From Myxococcota bacterium (GTDB lineage Bacteria; Myxococcota_A; SURF-8): DNA of 64,000 nt. The stretch is taken from contig CAXXQS010000002.1 in assembly GCA_963674735.2 (NCBI GenBank), forward strand, positions 160,001 to 224,000, in the 5' to 3' direction. Positions 51,485 to 61,410 of the stretch are shown here, in pieces. Positions within the stretch are counted from its first letter, which is position 1; the number at the start of each line of letters is the position of its first letter. The notes beneath the pieces are model-generated. The model had not been told where the DNA came from, ran no database searches, and saw only the letters and a program-made list of their open reading frames with translations. Both the position numbers and the translations under genes were made by a program.

Positions 51485-51510
51485 GATGGGCAACAAGTTG
51501 CCCATCCTAT
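51485..51510 (-). repeat. REP-like palindrome
   Basis: Minus strand ATAG-GATGGGCAA-CTTG-TTGCCCATC, resembling a GTAG-type REP. Confidence 0.5.
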
Positions 51511-51545
51511 TTCGCACGAAATTCTGCGTGATCGCCCTTCTTTTA

Positions 51546-51735
51546 CCCCGTGTTCGCCGACGGGTCCGGGCGGCGGAGATGGCGCGAGGACTGTCCGAGC
51601 CGGACGGCGTCCGGCGAGTTCCGCAGCGCCCGCCGATCGGACGCGGGGACGTTGGAAAACGGCCGAGGCGAACCCCCGGGCGTCCTTTCTTTCGGTTCCC
51701 TTTCTTTGGACGCGCAAAGAAAGGGGACAAAAAAG
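51546..51735 (+). repeat. Structured intergenic element (MITE/ncRNA-like)
   Basis: GCGAGGACTGTCCGAGC..GCGAGTTCCGCAGC core and terminal hairpin CCCTTTCTTTG-GACGCG-CAAAGAAAGGG; resembles a dispersed proteobacterial repeat; single copy here. Confidence 0.55.
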
Positions 51736-51964
51736 CCAAACATGTGGAGCACGATACAATCCGACTCCATCAGAGGGCTTGTTGGCATTGCTTATCGCGC
51801 ATTCCCAAGTGAGGCTTTCGCCTGCTCATCTTTTTGGGATGTAAATCGGCGCGACGCGCATCTGTTAAAGTGATAAACTGGTTGACGACGTCATCGTCCG
51901 CCACACGTATTTCGGCTGTCGTTTTCGAGGGAACAACCACAAGTCAACCGGCGAGGATGCCTCC

Positions 51965-52777
51965 ATGAGTTACAAAGTACTCGATCTCTTTCAGGATCTG
52001 CCGCAAACCAACTGCAAGGACTGCGGCGCGCCGGGTTGTTTCGCCTTCGCGACGGCGGTCTATCTGAAGCAACGCACACTTGCCGATTGCCCCCATCTGG
52101 AGGCGTCGCGCATAGCCGAACTGGAGCGCCAACTGCTGGAAGGCGGCGAGCAGCTGCCGCGTAAAAATCACGAGCAGGCCATGGTGGCGTTGCTCGAAAC
52201 CTTGAACGAATGCGACTGGCCGCAGGTGGCCGAGCGTAGCGGCGCGGCGTTTGTGGCCGGTTCGCCCGACACCTTGAAACTCGACTTTCTGACTGGGTCT
52301 TTCGCCATCGATGCCGACGGCGTGACGGTCACGGCCGGTCCCGATCCGACGGTGTGGGTGAAGATTTTCCTGCTGATTTACCTCACCCGCAGCCAGGGTC
52401 AGTCGCCGCAAAACCAATGGGTGGCTTTCCGCGAACTTCCAAATACCGTCAGCAAAGTGGGCGCTTTCGACGCCGCGCTGGAGAAGATCGCCGTTCATTT
52501 CAGCGGCTCGCCGACCGCTTTGGCCGAAACCGCGCAAGCCCTCGGCGGCGAGATTTTGTCTCCGCAAACCGCCGATGTGGAAATTCTGTTCCGCCCCCTG
52601 CCGCGCGTTCCGCTCAAGCTTTTGTTCTGGGACGGCGACGAGGATTTCCCGGCGCGTGTTTCGGCGCTTCTCGACAAAGGCGTGCTCGATCACCTCGACC
52701 AGGAGGCGAGCGTCTTTCTCGTCGAAACCTTCGCAGCCATTTTGTGCGGCGACAACCCCGATGATGTTATTCCTTGA
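51965..52777 (+). CDS. Fe-S cluster domain + DUF3786 protein
   Basis: LPQTNCKDCGAPGCFAFA...CP; WVAFRELP; PLPRVP..LFWDGDEDFPA. Confidence 0.85.
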   Translation: MSYKVLDLFQDLPQTNCKDCGAPGCFAFATAVYLKQRTLADCPHLEASRIAELERQLLEGGEQLPRKNHEQAMVALLETLNECDWPQVAERSGAAFVAGSPDTLKLDFLTGSFAIDADGVTVTAGPDPTVWVKIFLLIYLTRSQGQSPQNQWVAFRELPNTVSKVGAFDAALEKIAVHFSGSPTALAETAQALGGEILSPQTADVEILFRPLPRVPLKLLFWDGDEDFPARVSALLDKGVLDHLDQEASVFLVETFAAILCGDNPDDVIP

Positions 52778-53592
52778 TATTACTCGTATTTTGCCGAAAA
52801 CCCGATTTACGGACAAGGTCTGCAAGCGGACCGATATACGCTTGATGCGCTCGATACGCCGTTTGCGCCAGAGCATTTATCCCTTCCTTGAAATCACTGG
52901 GTTTTTCGTCCGCTTGTCCGGGGTAAAATAAGCTTTCCGATCTTCGCGCTAGGATTGCCGTAATACGTCACACCTGCGAGAGCGTCCGGAGGGTGAGGAC
53001 CGCGCAGAAAGAAGCCAGCGTGCTGATCCAACGAACGGAGCACGGATAATAACACATGTAATATCAGATAGATATCGAGGTACGAAACGGAAAAACCGAA
53101 AAGTCGTATTGAATGATCTTTAAGTATTATGGTATTAGTATGCAGCAAAAAATAATATTGCAACTATAGTATATTGAATATATATACTAAGCCAGACTAA
53201 GTGGCCTATTTAACTGCATGAAATAACTGGATAAATTCGATATTCGGACAAATAAGCTCCACCTGACCCCGCAAACCGGACACTCAAACACATAAAATAT
53301 CAGTAATATTCGTTGGCTAGGCAGGTTCCTCACAGGCTGCGCCTTCGGTATTCGGGGTGAAAACCCGCGCGGGAGGGGATGGAAGAAAAGATTCGAAACG
53401 GAGATTTTTGACAAATTAGTAAGTATCGATGATCGCGCACTTAACATATAACAAATAGATATGAGGCAAAAATAATCTTGACAGGAATATTTCCGGGGTG
53501 TAGAAATGCGGGTAGAAATGACATTAATAAGCATGCATATAGCCAAAAATCACCGAAAAGCGGTTTTTCGGTGTTATCCCAAGGAGGTGTCG

Positions 53593-54486
53593 ATGAGACA
53601 AATGAAATCTCTGTGGTTGGGAATTCTTGTGCTTATGTTTTTGCTGGGATCCGCCCATGCGGATGTCAAATGGCATTCCTCGGCTGTGGGAATGCCGTAT
53701 TTTCTAAGCTACGACTATTTGATGATCACGTACCAAGGGAGGCTGGAAAACAACGATAGCGACTGGCAATCCTACATGACGTTCCCCATCGTCTCGGATT
53801 GGTGGGCAGGTTTGCCGACGGACAACATGCCGGCCGTGCACGCGCGTAACGATTCCGCCACGAACTATACCTGCGGCTATTACGCGGTCAACGACACCGG
53901 TACGACCACCTATGTAAATCGCTCGTTGACGCAATCGGCCAATTATGTCCAAAACACCTGGACGAGTGTGCCGACCACGACCAGCGCCCGCCGTTTCGTA
54001 ACGTGCGGTATTGCGGCTGAGGACACCACTCGTTCCGGCGTGGCCGGATTGCGGATTTACGAAGGCGGGACGGACCACTACAACGACAAGAAAAGCTACA
54101 TCGGCAGCATGTGCCGGTCTCCACAACAGGAATCGTACATGTATGTGGAGGATCAGCACATCTACAACCTGGACACCAGTAGCAACGGCGTCTTCTGTCC
54201 CATCATCTCCGATAACGCCGGAGATCTGGATGTGAAACTCTACGTCATCGATGAAAACAGCAGCACCAACTTCTCCTGCCAGGTCCGGGATTTCCATCCC
54301 ACCAGTGGTTCCTATTACTACGCCTATGCTGAAAGCACCAACGCCACTTTAGGGCATCAGGTAGTCGACTTCAATACGATCGCGAATCACTATACCAATG
54401 GTTACCGCGGAATCTACTGTTCCATGCCGGCGGGGAACAATGATCTCTCGGCCATTATGGGTTACTACGTCGACGAACAAGACTGA
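53593..54486 (+). CDS. Secreted protein with two tandem copies of an uncharacterised beta-rich domain
   Basis: AAGGAGG RBS; signal ending AHA-D; internal repeat similar to the next gene. Confidence 0.85.
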   Translation: MRQMKSLWLGILVLMFLLGSAHADVKWHSSAVGMPYFLSYDYLMITYQGRLENNDSDWQSYMTFPIVSDWWAGLPTDNMPAVHARNDSATNYTCGYYAVNDTGTTTYVNRSLTQSANYVQNTWTSVPTTTSARRFVTCGIAAEDTTRSGVAGLRIYEGGTDHYNDKKSYIGSMCRSPQQESYMYVEDQHIYNLDTSSNGVFCPIISDNAGDLDVKLYVIDENSSTNFSCQVRDFHPTSGSYYYAYAESTNATLGHQVVDFNTIANHYTNGYRGIYCSMPAGNNDLSAIMGYYVDEQD

Positions 54487-54524
54487 CGAATATCGGTTTG
54501 CGAAATCACCGAAAGGAGAGATAC

Positions 54525-55022
54525 ATGCCGACTAAACAGATCGTTTCTGCGGTGCTGGTGGCCGTGCTGGTGGCCGTTGTAAGCGTCGCGCTGGCTGCGG
54601 ATACCAAGATTTATCCCGGCAGCATGTGTGTGTTTGATGGCAGTTACCTGGACGAAGATTACTGGATCGATTCGGATCTGGGACGTGCGAATGGTACATT
54701 CTACAACGAAACGGGATACAGAAAGAACGTTGTGTGTCCGATGGTGGCCGACGAACGCGCCTTCCAATCGGCTTATGTGGTGGTCAACAATCCGGCCAAC
54801 ACCACCCTTAGTTGCACCTTGGTGATTCGCGGTCTGGCGATTCCCGCCAATTACTGGTCGGATTCCGTCTCGACGAACACCAGCGGCATTCAAAGCCTGA
54901 CCTTCGATGTGTCCGACGATCCGACGTTGAATAAAGCGTCCCACTTCATTCAGTGCTCGGTGCCTCCGGGCGGACGAATCATCCGTTACATGGCCTATGA
55001 AGATGAGGGAGATCTGCGATGA
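54525..55022 (+). CDS. Secreted protein, single copy of the same 4-Cys domain
   Basis: AAGGAG RBS; signal ending ALA-A; DTKIYPGSMC..VVCPMVAD..LSC..IQCSVP. Confidence 0.85.
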   Translation: MPTKQIVSAVLVAVLVAVVSVALAADTKIYPGSMCVFDGSYLDEDYWIDSDLGRANGTFYNETGYRKNVVCPMVADERAFQSAYVVVNNPANTTLSCTLVIRGLAIPANYWSDSVSTNTSGIQSLTFDVSDDPTLNKASHFIQCSVPPGGRIIRYMAYEDEGDLR

Positions 55023-55696
55023 GAAAAGCGCTGCTCTGGCTGGGAATCCTCGGCTTGCTATTTGGGATCGGCTGGACAGCGCATCGGTTCGGGGGAGGCT
55101 CTTCGGAGCCTTCCCCTTCCGTTTCGAACGCTGAAAAAGCGCCGACCGATAATGCCTTAGAAAATCTCTACCAAGCACGGCTGGCGGCGCTTCAGTCGGA
55201 AAACCGGCGTTTGCGCACACAACTGGCGGCGTTGCAGACGTCGCCGATGGCCGCCGCTCCGGCGGTTGAAGAGGTTCCGTCCGTCAAGCCGCTGGTTGAG
55301 AAGAAAACGGAGTTGTCGTTCGAGGAAGAATATCGGCAAACCATCGAAATGGAAGCGCGCATCGCCGAACGGTTCAACGACTTGTTGGCGACTGAACCCT
55401 ATGACGAAGAGTGGGCGGCGGAAACGGAGACGCAGGTCAAACAAACGGTAAACGAGATCGCCATGGTGGGTGCGCAACTGATGGACACGGCTTGTCGCAC
55501 GACTTTCTGCCGAGCGGTTCTGGCCTTCGACAGTGAGGAAAACAAAGACACGTTTCTGGCCAAGGCCACACTCAAAGCCCCATTCAATACGGTGGGTTGG
55601 ATACACAGTGAGGGGCTGGAAGATCAGGAGATCGAGCTGTTCTTTTCCCGCAAGGGGAATAACCTCCCGGATGTGGGGGATGTGGACCGCGACTAG
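55019..55696 (+). CDS. Single-pass membrane protein with coiled coil and CRxxxCR domain
   Basis: ATGA overlap; N-terminal TM; LAALQSENRRLRTQLAAL; EPYDEEWA..CRTTFCR. Confidence 0.85.
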   Translation: MRKALLWLGILGLLFGIGWTAHRFGGGSSEPSPSVSNAEKAPTDNALENLYQARLAALQSENRRLRTQLAALQTSPMAAAPAVEEVPSVKPLVEKKTELSFEEEYRQTIEMEARIAERFNDLLATEPYDEEWAAETETQVKQTVNEIAMVGAQLMDTACRTTFCRAVLAFDSEENKDTFLAKATLKAPFNTVGWIHSEGLEDQEIELFFSRKGNNLPDVGDVDRD

Positions 55697-56065
55697 ATCA
55701 CGACATGGGTAGGCTCTGAAAAAACCATGCAGCAGTGTGGCGTTGCTAAAGGTGTTCGCATCACATTGAGGGGATAAGTCCTTGAATTAAGGGCGTATTG
55801 CCGATCCCTGAATCGTGTTGACGCCTTGAGGTTCCAGCCAATCAAACACGGGTGGAACGGGTGAACGGTCGGTTCCGCTGGATGAAAAAGCCTTCCGCAC
55901 GGTCTCTCGGGTGGCCGCAATTGCCGAAAATCCGTCTCGCAACTCGCTTGGATGGGAGGGGGCGAGCATGCATGCGTCTGTGTGCCGCTTCGCGATCGTT
56001 TCCCTGCTTATTGGAAAACGGGAAATCGGTTTGCGCCCAACGACGCCTCGATCCGCATTTTCATG

Positions 56066-56094
56066 TTGACAGGAGGGGTGCAATCGGCCATATT
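56066..56094 (+). promoter_or_regulatory. Sigma70-like promoter of the short rho
   Basis: TTGACA-N17-CATATT, about 90 nt before the ATG. Confidence 0.55.
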
Positions 56095-56186
56095 TGGCCC
56101 GGGCAATCACCGCCGGACGCGTTTCAGCGAGGGGTCGGTCTTCCACATCATCCCCATAAGCGGAACCCTTTACGAAAAGGACACCT

Positions 56187-57128
56187 ATGGCACGTGTTGA
56201 CACGGGCAGGCGAAAATATCGCAACTACTCATCTCCGGCGGCCGGCAACCGCCAACGCAAATCGAACGACGACTTGGCATTCGAGCGTTTGACCACACTG
56301 CACCCTTATAAACGGCTGCGCCTGGAACACGGCGACGATCTTTCCTGCCGTATCATCGACCTGATCACCCCGATCGGCAAGGGACAACGCGGCCTGATCG
56401 TCTCGCCGCCGCGGGCGGGTAAAACCACCACGTTGCAAAGCATCGCGCGCGGCATCATCGCCAACGATCCGGAAGCCGAGGTTCTGATTCTGCTCGTCAA
56501 CGAGCGCCCCGAGGAAGTCACCGATATCCGCCGCAGCGGCGTCGGCAAGGTCGTCTATTCCTCCTTCGATCGTTCGGACGCACACCACATCGAAGTGGCC
56601 GAAAAGCTTTTAACCGACGCCAAGAAAATGGTGCTGGAAGGCAAGGACGTCGTGATCCTGTTGGATTCCATCACGCGTCTGGCCCGGGCCTACAACAGCG
56701 TGGTGCCGTCATCGGGAAAACTGCTGTCCGGCGGCATGGACGCACGCGGCATGTTCATGCCCAAGAAATTCTTCGGAGCGGGGCGGGCCATTGAAAACGG
56801 CGGCTCCCTCACCATCATCGGCACGGTGCTGATCGAAACCGGTTCCCGCATGGACGACGTGATTTTCGAGGAATTCAAGGGCACCGGCAACATGGAACTG
56901 TACCTAGATCGCCGATTGATGGACAAGCGGGTGTTTCCCTGCATCGACGTCACGCAATCGGGCACGCGAAAAGAAGAGCTGCTGCTCAACGAACAGGAGT
57001 TGGCCGCCTCGCAGATCTTGCGTCGCCGACTTTTCTCCGTGGATGCCATCACCGCCATGGAAACCCTGCTGGGCCGGATGCAGCAAAGCGAAACGAATGC
57101 CGAGTTTATCGCCTCCCTGCTGTCGTAG
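56187..57128 (+). CDS. rho: Transcription termination factor Rho, short form (ATPase domain only)
   Basis: PIGKGQRGLIVSPPRAGKT, ERPEEVTD, LLDSITRLARAYN, EEFKGTGNME, SGTRKEELL; 313 aa. Confidence 0.92.
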   Translation: MARVDTGRRKYRNYSSPAAGNRQRKSNDDLAFERLTTLHPYKRLRLEHGDDLSCRIIDLITPIGKGQRGLIVSPPRAGKTTTLQSIARGIIANDPEAEVLILLVNERPEEVTDIRRSGVGKVVYSSFDRSDAHHIEVAEKLLTDAKKMVLEGKDVVILLDSITRLARAYNSVVPSSGKLLSGGMDARGMFMPKKFFGAGRAIENGGSLTIIGTVLIETGSRMDDVIFEEFKGTGNMELYLDRRLMDKRVFPCIDVTQSGTRKEELLLNEQELAASQILRRRLFSVDAITAMETLLGRMQQSETNAEFIASLLS

Positions 57129-57313
57129 GCGGTTTCGTCAAACGGACCCGTGTCGTCGGCCCGTCATCCGCAACAACACATGTAAACTCCCCTTCGTCGC
57201 TCCCCAGGCCGCTACGTTTGTGGCAGCGGTCTACGCGAGCGAACCGGACTTTTCCTTGTGGAGGATCCCGCTGACACTCCACAGGCAGGCGGCCTTCGGG
57301 CGAATGGAGAAGC

Positions 57314-58903
57314 ATGGAAAAGATCGATAATCTGATTGTCCCTTTGCAGCAGGATGGGGCCTTGCGGCACCTCGTCGCCCAACGGCTGGGCTGGCCGGAC
57401 GAACGCGTCGGCACGCTGCGTTTTTTGCGTCGCAGCATCGATGCCCGGCACAAACACAACATCCGGCTGGTCTATCGTCTGGAGGTGTTCGCCACTGACG
57501 AATTGCCACCGGACGCACCGAACCGCGAGCGCTACGCCCGGGAAATCGCCTCGTATGAACGGGCGCGCGGACGGGTGATCGTCATCGGAGCGGGACCGGC
57601 GGGTTTGTTCGCCGCCCTCGAATTTCGCCGCCGCGGCTGGGAGGTCGACCTGGTGGAGCGTGGCTCGGCGCTGCCGAAACGACACCGGGCCACGGGCGCA
57701 TATTTCCGCCGGGGCGAGCTGAACCCGGACGACAACATCTGTTTCGGCCTGGGCGGAGCGGGGCTGTACTCGGACGGCAAGCTGACCACGCGCATCAAAC
57801 ATGCGGAAGTCGGCGAGGTACTCGAAGCGTTGGTGGCCTTCGGCGCTCCGCAGGAAATTCTGTGGGCCTACAACCCGCATGTGGGTTCCAACCGCATTCG
57901 GCAGGTCATCCGCACGATGGCGCAGGCGCTGGCGGAGTGGGGCGTGCGCTTTCACTTCAACACGCGCGCAACCGATCTGCTGCTCGAAAACGCCCGCGTT
58001 CGCGGCATCCGCGCGTTGCATCTGAATGAATCGGGGCGTGAAGAATCGTTACGGGCGGACGCGGTGATGGTGGCCTGCGGGCACGGCGCGTCGGATACCT
58101 ATCGTTGGCTCAAACGTTGCGGCGCGGCGATGGAAGCCAAACCTTTCGCCGTCGGCCTGCGCGTGCAGCATCCACGCACGTTTATCGATCACTCACAATT
58201 CGGAGATTTCGCCGGGCATCCGGCTCTGGAAAGCGCCAGCTACCGCCTGACCTGCCATCTCAAGGAGCTGGAACGCGGCGTGTATACCTTTTGCATGTGC
58301 CCGGGCGGCTACATTCTGCCCGCCGCCACCGAGGCAGGAACACTGGTCGTCAACGGCATGAGCAACTACGCGCGCGGTTCGAGCTGGTCCAACTCGGCGA
58401 TCGTCGTGACCGTCGATCCCCGCGATTGGGGGACGGACGGCTTCGCCCCGCTTGCCTTCCGGCACGAGATGGAGCGGCGCGCCTACCAACTGGTGCGGGA
58501 CGCGGGCGGAACGCGCGAAGCCCCCGCCCAGACGCTGTGCAGCTATCGCGGCAAAGGTGAAACAACCTGGCCGACACGCAGCAGTTGCCTCTCGGGTGCG
58601 ATCCGGGCGGACATCCGCTCGGTATTTCCCAAACACATCAGCGAGGCGCTGGACGCCGGACTGGAACGTTTCGACCGCCAACTACGCGGGTTTTCCAGCC
58701 ATGCCGAGGCCTTGCTGTTCGCCGTGGAATCGCGCACTTCCGCTCCCTTGCGCGTGCTGCGCGACCCGCAGAGCTTCGAGTCGCCGAGCCTGCCGGGTCT
58801 GCTTCCGGTGGGTGAGGGCGCAGGCTATGCGGGCGGCATCACCAGCGCCGCCGTGGACGGTCTGCGCGCCGCCCGTGCCCAGGCCCTGAAAGCCGAAGGC
58901 TGA
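57314..58903 (+). CDS. FAD-dependent oxidoreductase (uncharacterised family)
   Basis: RRSIDAR, GAGPAG, GGAGLYSDGKL, FCMCPGG, GEGAGYAGGITSAAVDG. Confidence 0.92.
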   Translation: MEKIDNLIVPLQQDGALRHLVAQRLGWPDERVGTLRFLRRSIDARHKHNIRLVYRLEVFATDELPPDAPNRERYAREIASYERARGRVIVIGAGPAGLFAALEFRRRGWEVDLVERGSALPKRHRATGAYFRRGELNPDDNICFGLGGAGLYSDGKLTTRIKHAEVGEVLEALVAFGAPQEILWAYNPHVGSNRIRQVIRTMAQALAEWGVRFHFNTRATDLLLENARVRGIRALHLNESGREESLRADAVMVACGHGASDTYRWLKRCGAAMEAKPFAVGLRVQHPRTFIDHSQFGDFAGHPALESASYRLTCHLKELERGVYTFCMCPGGYILPAATEAGTLVVNGMSNYARGSSWSNSAIVVTVDPRDWGTDGFAPLAFRHEMERRAYQLVRDAGGTREAPAQTLCSYRGKGETTWPTRSSCLSGAIRADIRSVFPKHISEALDAGLERFDRQLRGFSSHAEALLFAVESRTSAPLRVLRDPQSFESPSLPGLLPVGEGAGYAGGITSAAVDGLRAARAQALKAEG

Positions 58904-58997
58904 AGGGGCTAACCCTTACCGAAACAGCCCCAACGGCCAAAGGTCGTCTGGAATCCGTCGGAGACGCCGACACGAGATAACGGGAAATGGTGTGTTT

Positions 58998-60353
58998 TCA
59001 CACAATCGTCTTGCTGGTAAACCCGTTTTCGCTATCGTACAGCATCACCTCGGCGCCCTTGAAGTTTTCCGGATCGTCGGGTTCGGGTGATTTCAAGAAC
59101 GACCCGGTATTCGCATATTCAACCTGGTAATCATTGAAATCGAGCTGAGCATTTTTTTCTGTTTGGTAAGGAACCGGATCGTGCGTATGTCCGTAAATCA
59201 GCCGAGTCGGAAACATAACGTCGGGTGCATTCTTCAGCTTGGGTTTGATCTCACGAATCTCGCCGAGACAGGCATGAAGGTAGTAAATCACATTCGCCTT
59301 GGTTTCTTCATTGAGAAGATACGCCTCATCGCCGCGAGCGGAGCGATAGTCCCTCACCTTATCCAACACTTTTTTCTTCAGCAAGCCGATTCCCGTATCG
59401 GATAGTCCTTCCCACCAGAACGATTCAACCAACGGATCGAGCAATTCACGATCGATTCGCTCCAGATAACCCTTGAAACTTTTGATGCCTTCATCATATG
59501 ACAGACCGGCTTTTTCATATGTCGCGATATCTTTGGCCAATCGTTGGATGTCGCGAATGCCCGCCGTCAGCGGACCGGCCATGCCAAATCCGCTGCAAAG
59601 CAACTGGTTGACGGGAAAATTCATGGCGACGAAATCGGAGATGGCCGGGATGTAGGTCTTCATATCGACCATCGTTCCCCGTTTAAGTTTGATGTCGCTG
59701 ACTGTCGGACCGAGAACATCGATTCCACACGCGCCCAGATAACTCCAGGCTTTATCGAAATAATGGCCGTGAGTCAAAAGTGCGCAGTTTCCCGCGCGGT
59801 CGATGATGTACAGGTTGGGATAGGCGACGTTGAAAGGGATCTTTCCGTCGGTCAGGCCGTCGAGAAACAGTCCGCCGTAATCAGCGCCGTCCGGTTTTTG
59901 ACGAGCCGTTACCCCCACCAAGTCGAGCCGGCCCTCGCCGTGCCGATCGTCGATGACACCCGGAACTGTCCAGCGAAAGGAGCGGGGAAGCTTGGGCTTA
60001 CCATCATCTCCGCGCAGTCGCCGGATTACATTCACTTCGTGCTCCACCGTATGCCAGATGCCGAAATCGTGGTTCCCGGGCAGGTAGATGATTTGCTTTA
60101 CGCGGTTTTCTTCAGGAACAGCCACCATGGCCTTGAAAAATACCGAAGCCGCTTCGTAGGCCTCTTTATACGACACGATGGAAAAATCGAGAATATCCCC
60201 CATCAAGACAAGGTAATCGCAACCGGCCACTTTCTTCAGCAACTCGTCACAGCGTGCCGACGTTTTCCATGTCTCGCCATGCCGATCCAAAAGCGCGCAC
60301 TTCGGATCGCCGAAATGCGTATCGGAAATGGCCGCCAGTTTCAATCCGCTCAT
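58998..60353 (-). CDS. Calcineurin-like metallophosphoesterase
   Basis: SDTH, GDILD, GNHD, THGH, GHTH, NTGS all intact. Confidence 0.9.
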   Translation of the reverse strand: MSGLKLAAISDTHFGDPKCALLDRHGETWKTSARCDELLKKVAGCDYLVLMGDILDFSIVSYKEAYEAASVFFKAMVAVPEENRVKQIIYLPGNHDFGIWHTVEHEVNVIRRLRGDDGKPKLPRSFRWTVPGVIDDRHGEGRLDLVGVTARQKPDGADYGGLFLDGLTDGKIPFNVAYPNLYIIDRAGNCALLTHGHYFDKAWSYLGACGIDVLGPTVSDIKLKRGTMVDMKTYIPAISDFVAMNFPVNQLLCSGFGMAGPLTAGIRDIQRLAKDIATYEKAGLSYDEGIKSFKGYLERIDRELLDPLVESFWWEGLSDTGIGLLKKKVLDKVRDYRSARGDEAYLLNEETKANVIYYLHACLGEIREIKPKLKNAPDVMFPTRLIYGHTHDPVPYQTEKNAQLDFNDYQVEYANTGSFLKSPEPDDPENFKGAEVMLYDSENGFTSKTIV

Positions 60354-60531
60354 GACCCACCTCCTGCCTATTTATCTGTGCGTTTGTGACTATAACATCA
60401 TAAGCCACAAGCTCGGCAAGTCAAGCATTAAGATGAATACACATATAGGATAGCGGGCGACTGTGCCGCAGGCGGAGGCTTACGCCCAAATTTCCGGGAT
60501 GAGGGCGCGCGTCAATGCCCTTCGGTGCAGC

Positions 60532-61323
60532 TTAGTCACCGGCTTCGCCCACCAGTTCGATCATCAATTCCAGGCCTTCGATCAGGCGCGGACCGGGGAA
60601 ATTGAACAGGCTTTCAGGGAGGATATGGACGTTTTTGCGTTTGATGGCGGTGACATCCTGCCAGTCTTTGCGCCCCAGAATATCATCGGGGTCGATCTCG
60701 CTCGGGTCGTCGCCCGCCCCCAGCCAGCAGATGAAAATCACTTCCGGGTCGCGCTCGACGATCACCTCTTCGTCGGCGATGAAGGTCGGGTTGGGGATGT
60801 TGGAAAACACGTTGACCGCCCCGGCCTTCTTCAGGATATCGCTGATCCAGTTTTCGGCCCCGGGGGTGACGAAGGGATTGGGGAACAATTCGAAATAGGC
60901 GCGCAGGGGCGCATCGCCGGGATGCACGCGGGCGCACAGGCGCTTGATGCGCTGATTCAGACCGTCCACCAGCTCGCGCGCTTTGTCTTCACACTCGCAG
61001 GCGACGCCGATGGTGAAGATATCCGAGAGCAGGTCGTCGAAACGCTCGGTTTGCAGTTCCAGAAGCGGCAATTCCTCTTCGCGCATCAGGTCGCGCACGG
61101 CATCGGCGCCGGGGACGGTGTTGGTGAAGATCACCAGATCCGGTTTGAGATCACGCAGGGTGTACACATTGATGTTGTCCACCGGTCCCAGATCCTGGGC
61201 GTGATGACAGAAACCCAGTTGGACACTGAGGGTATCGGCCCCCACCACGCAATCGGCCAAACCCAGATGGGCCAGAATTTCGGTGGTGGACGGCGTACAG
61301 GAGACGATGCGGGCGATGCTCAT
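60532..61323 (-). CDS. BtuF-like cobalamin/iron binding protein lacking a signal peptide
   Basis: RIVSCTPSTTEIL..LKPDLV..WISDIL..AG..N..PGPRLIEG. Confidence 0.85.
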   Translation of the reverse strand: MSIARIVSCTPSTTEILAHLGLADCVVGADTLSVQLGFCHHAQDLGPVDNINVYTLRDLKPDLVIFTNTVPGADAVRDLMREEELPLLELQTERFDDLLSDIFTIGVACECEDKARELVDGLNQRIKRLCARVHPGDAPLRAYFELFPNPFVTPGAENWISDILKKAGAVNVFSNIPNPTFIADEEVIVERDPEVIFICWLGAGDDPSEIDPDDILGRKDWQDVTAIKRKNVHILPESLFNFPGPRLIEGLELMIELVGEAGD

Positions 61324-61410
61324 GGGTTGATCCTTCCGGCGAATCCGCCGTCATTTGCCGCGACCATAACAGAGGCCGGGAACGGCTGTCAACGATTCCG
61401 CGCAGGCGGA

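Noticed and set aside
55697-56186. Frameshifted N-terminal half of rho
   Set aside because: The plus-strand frames I could read show no GxLE/GFGFLR/DxYVS Rho RNA-binding motifs.
61324-61410. Cobalamin riboswitch before the BtuF-like gene
   Set aside because: The gap is under 90 bp and has no B12-box.
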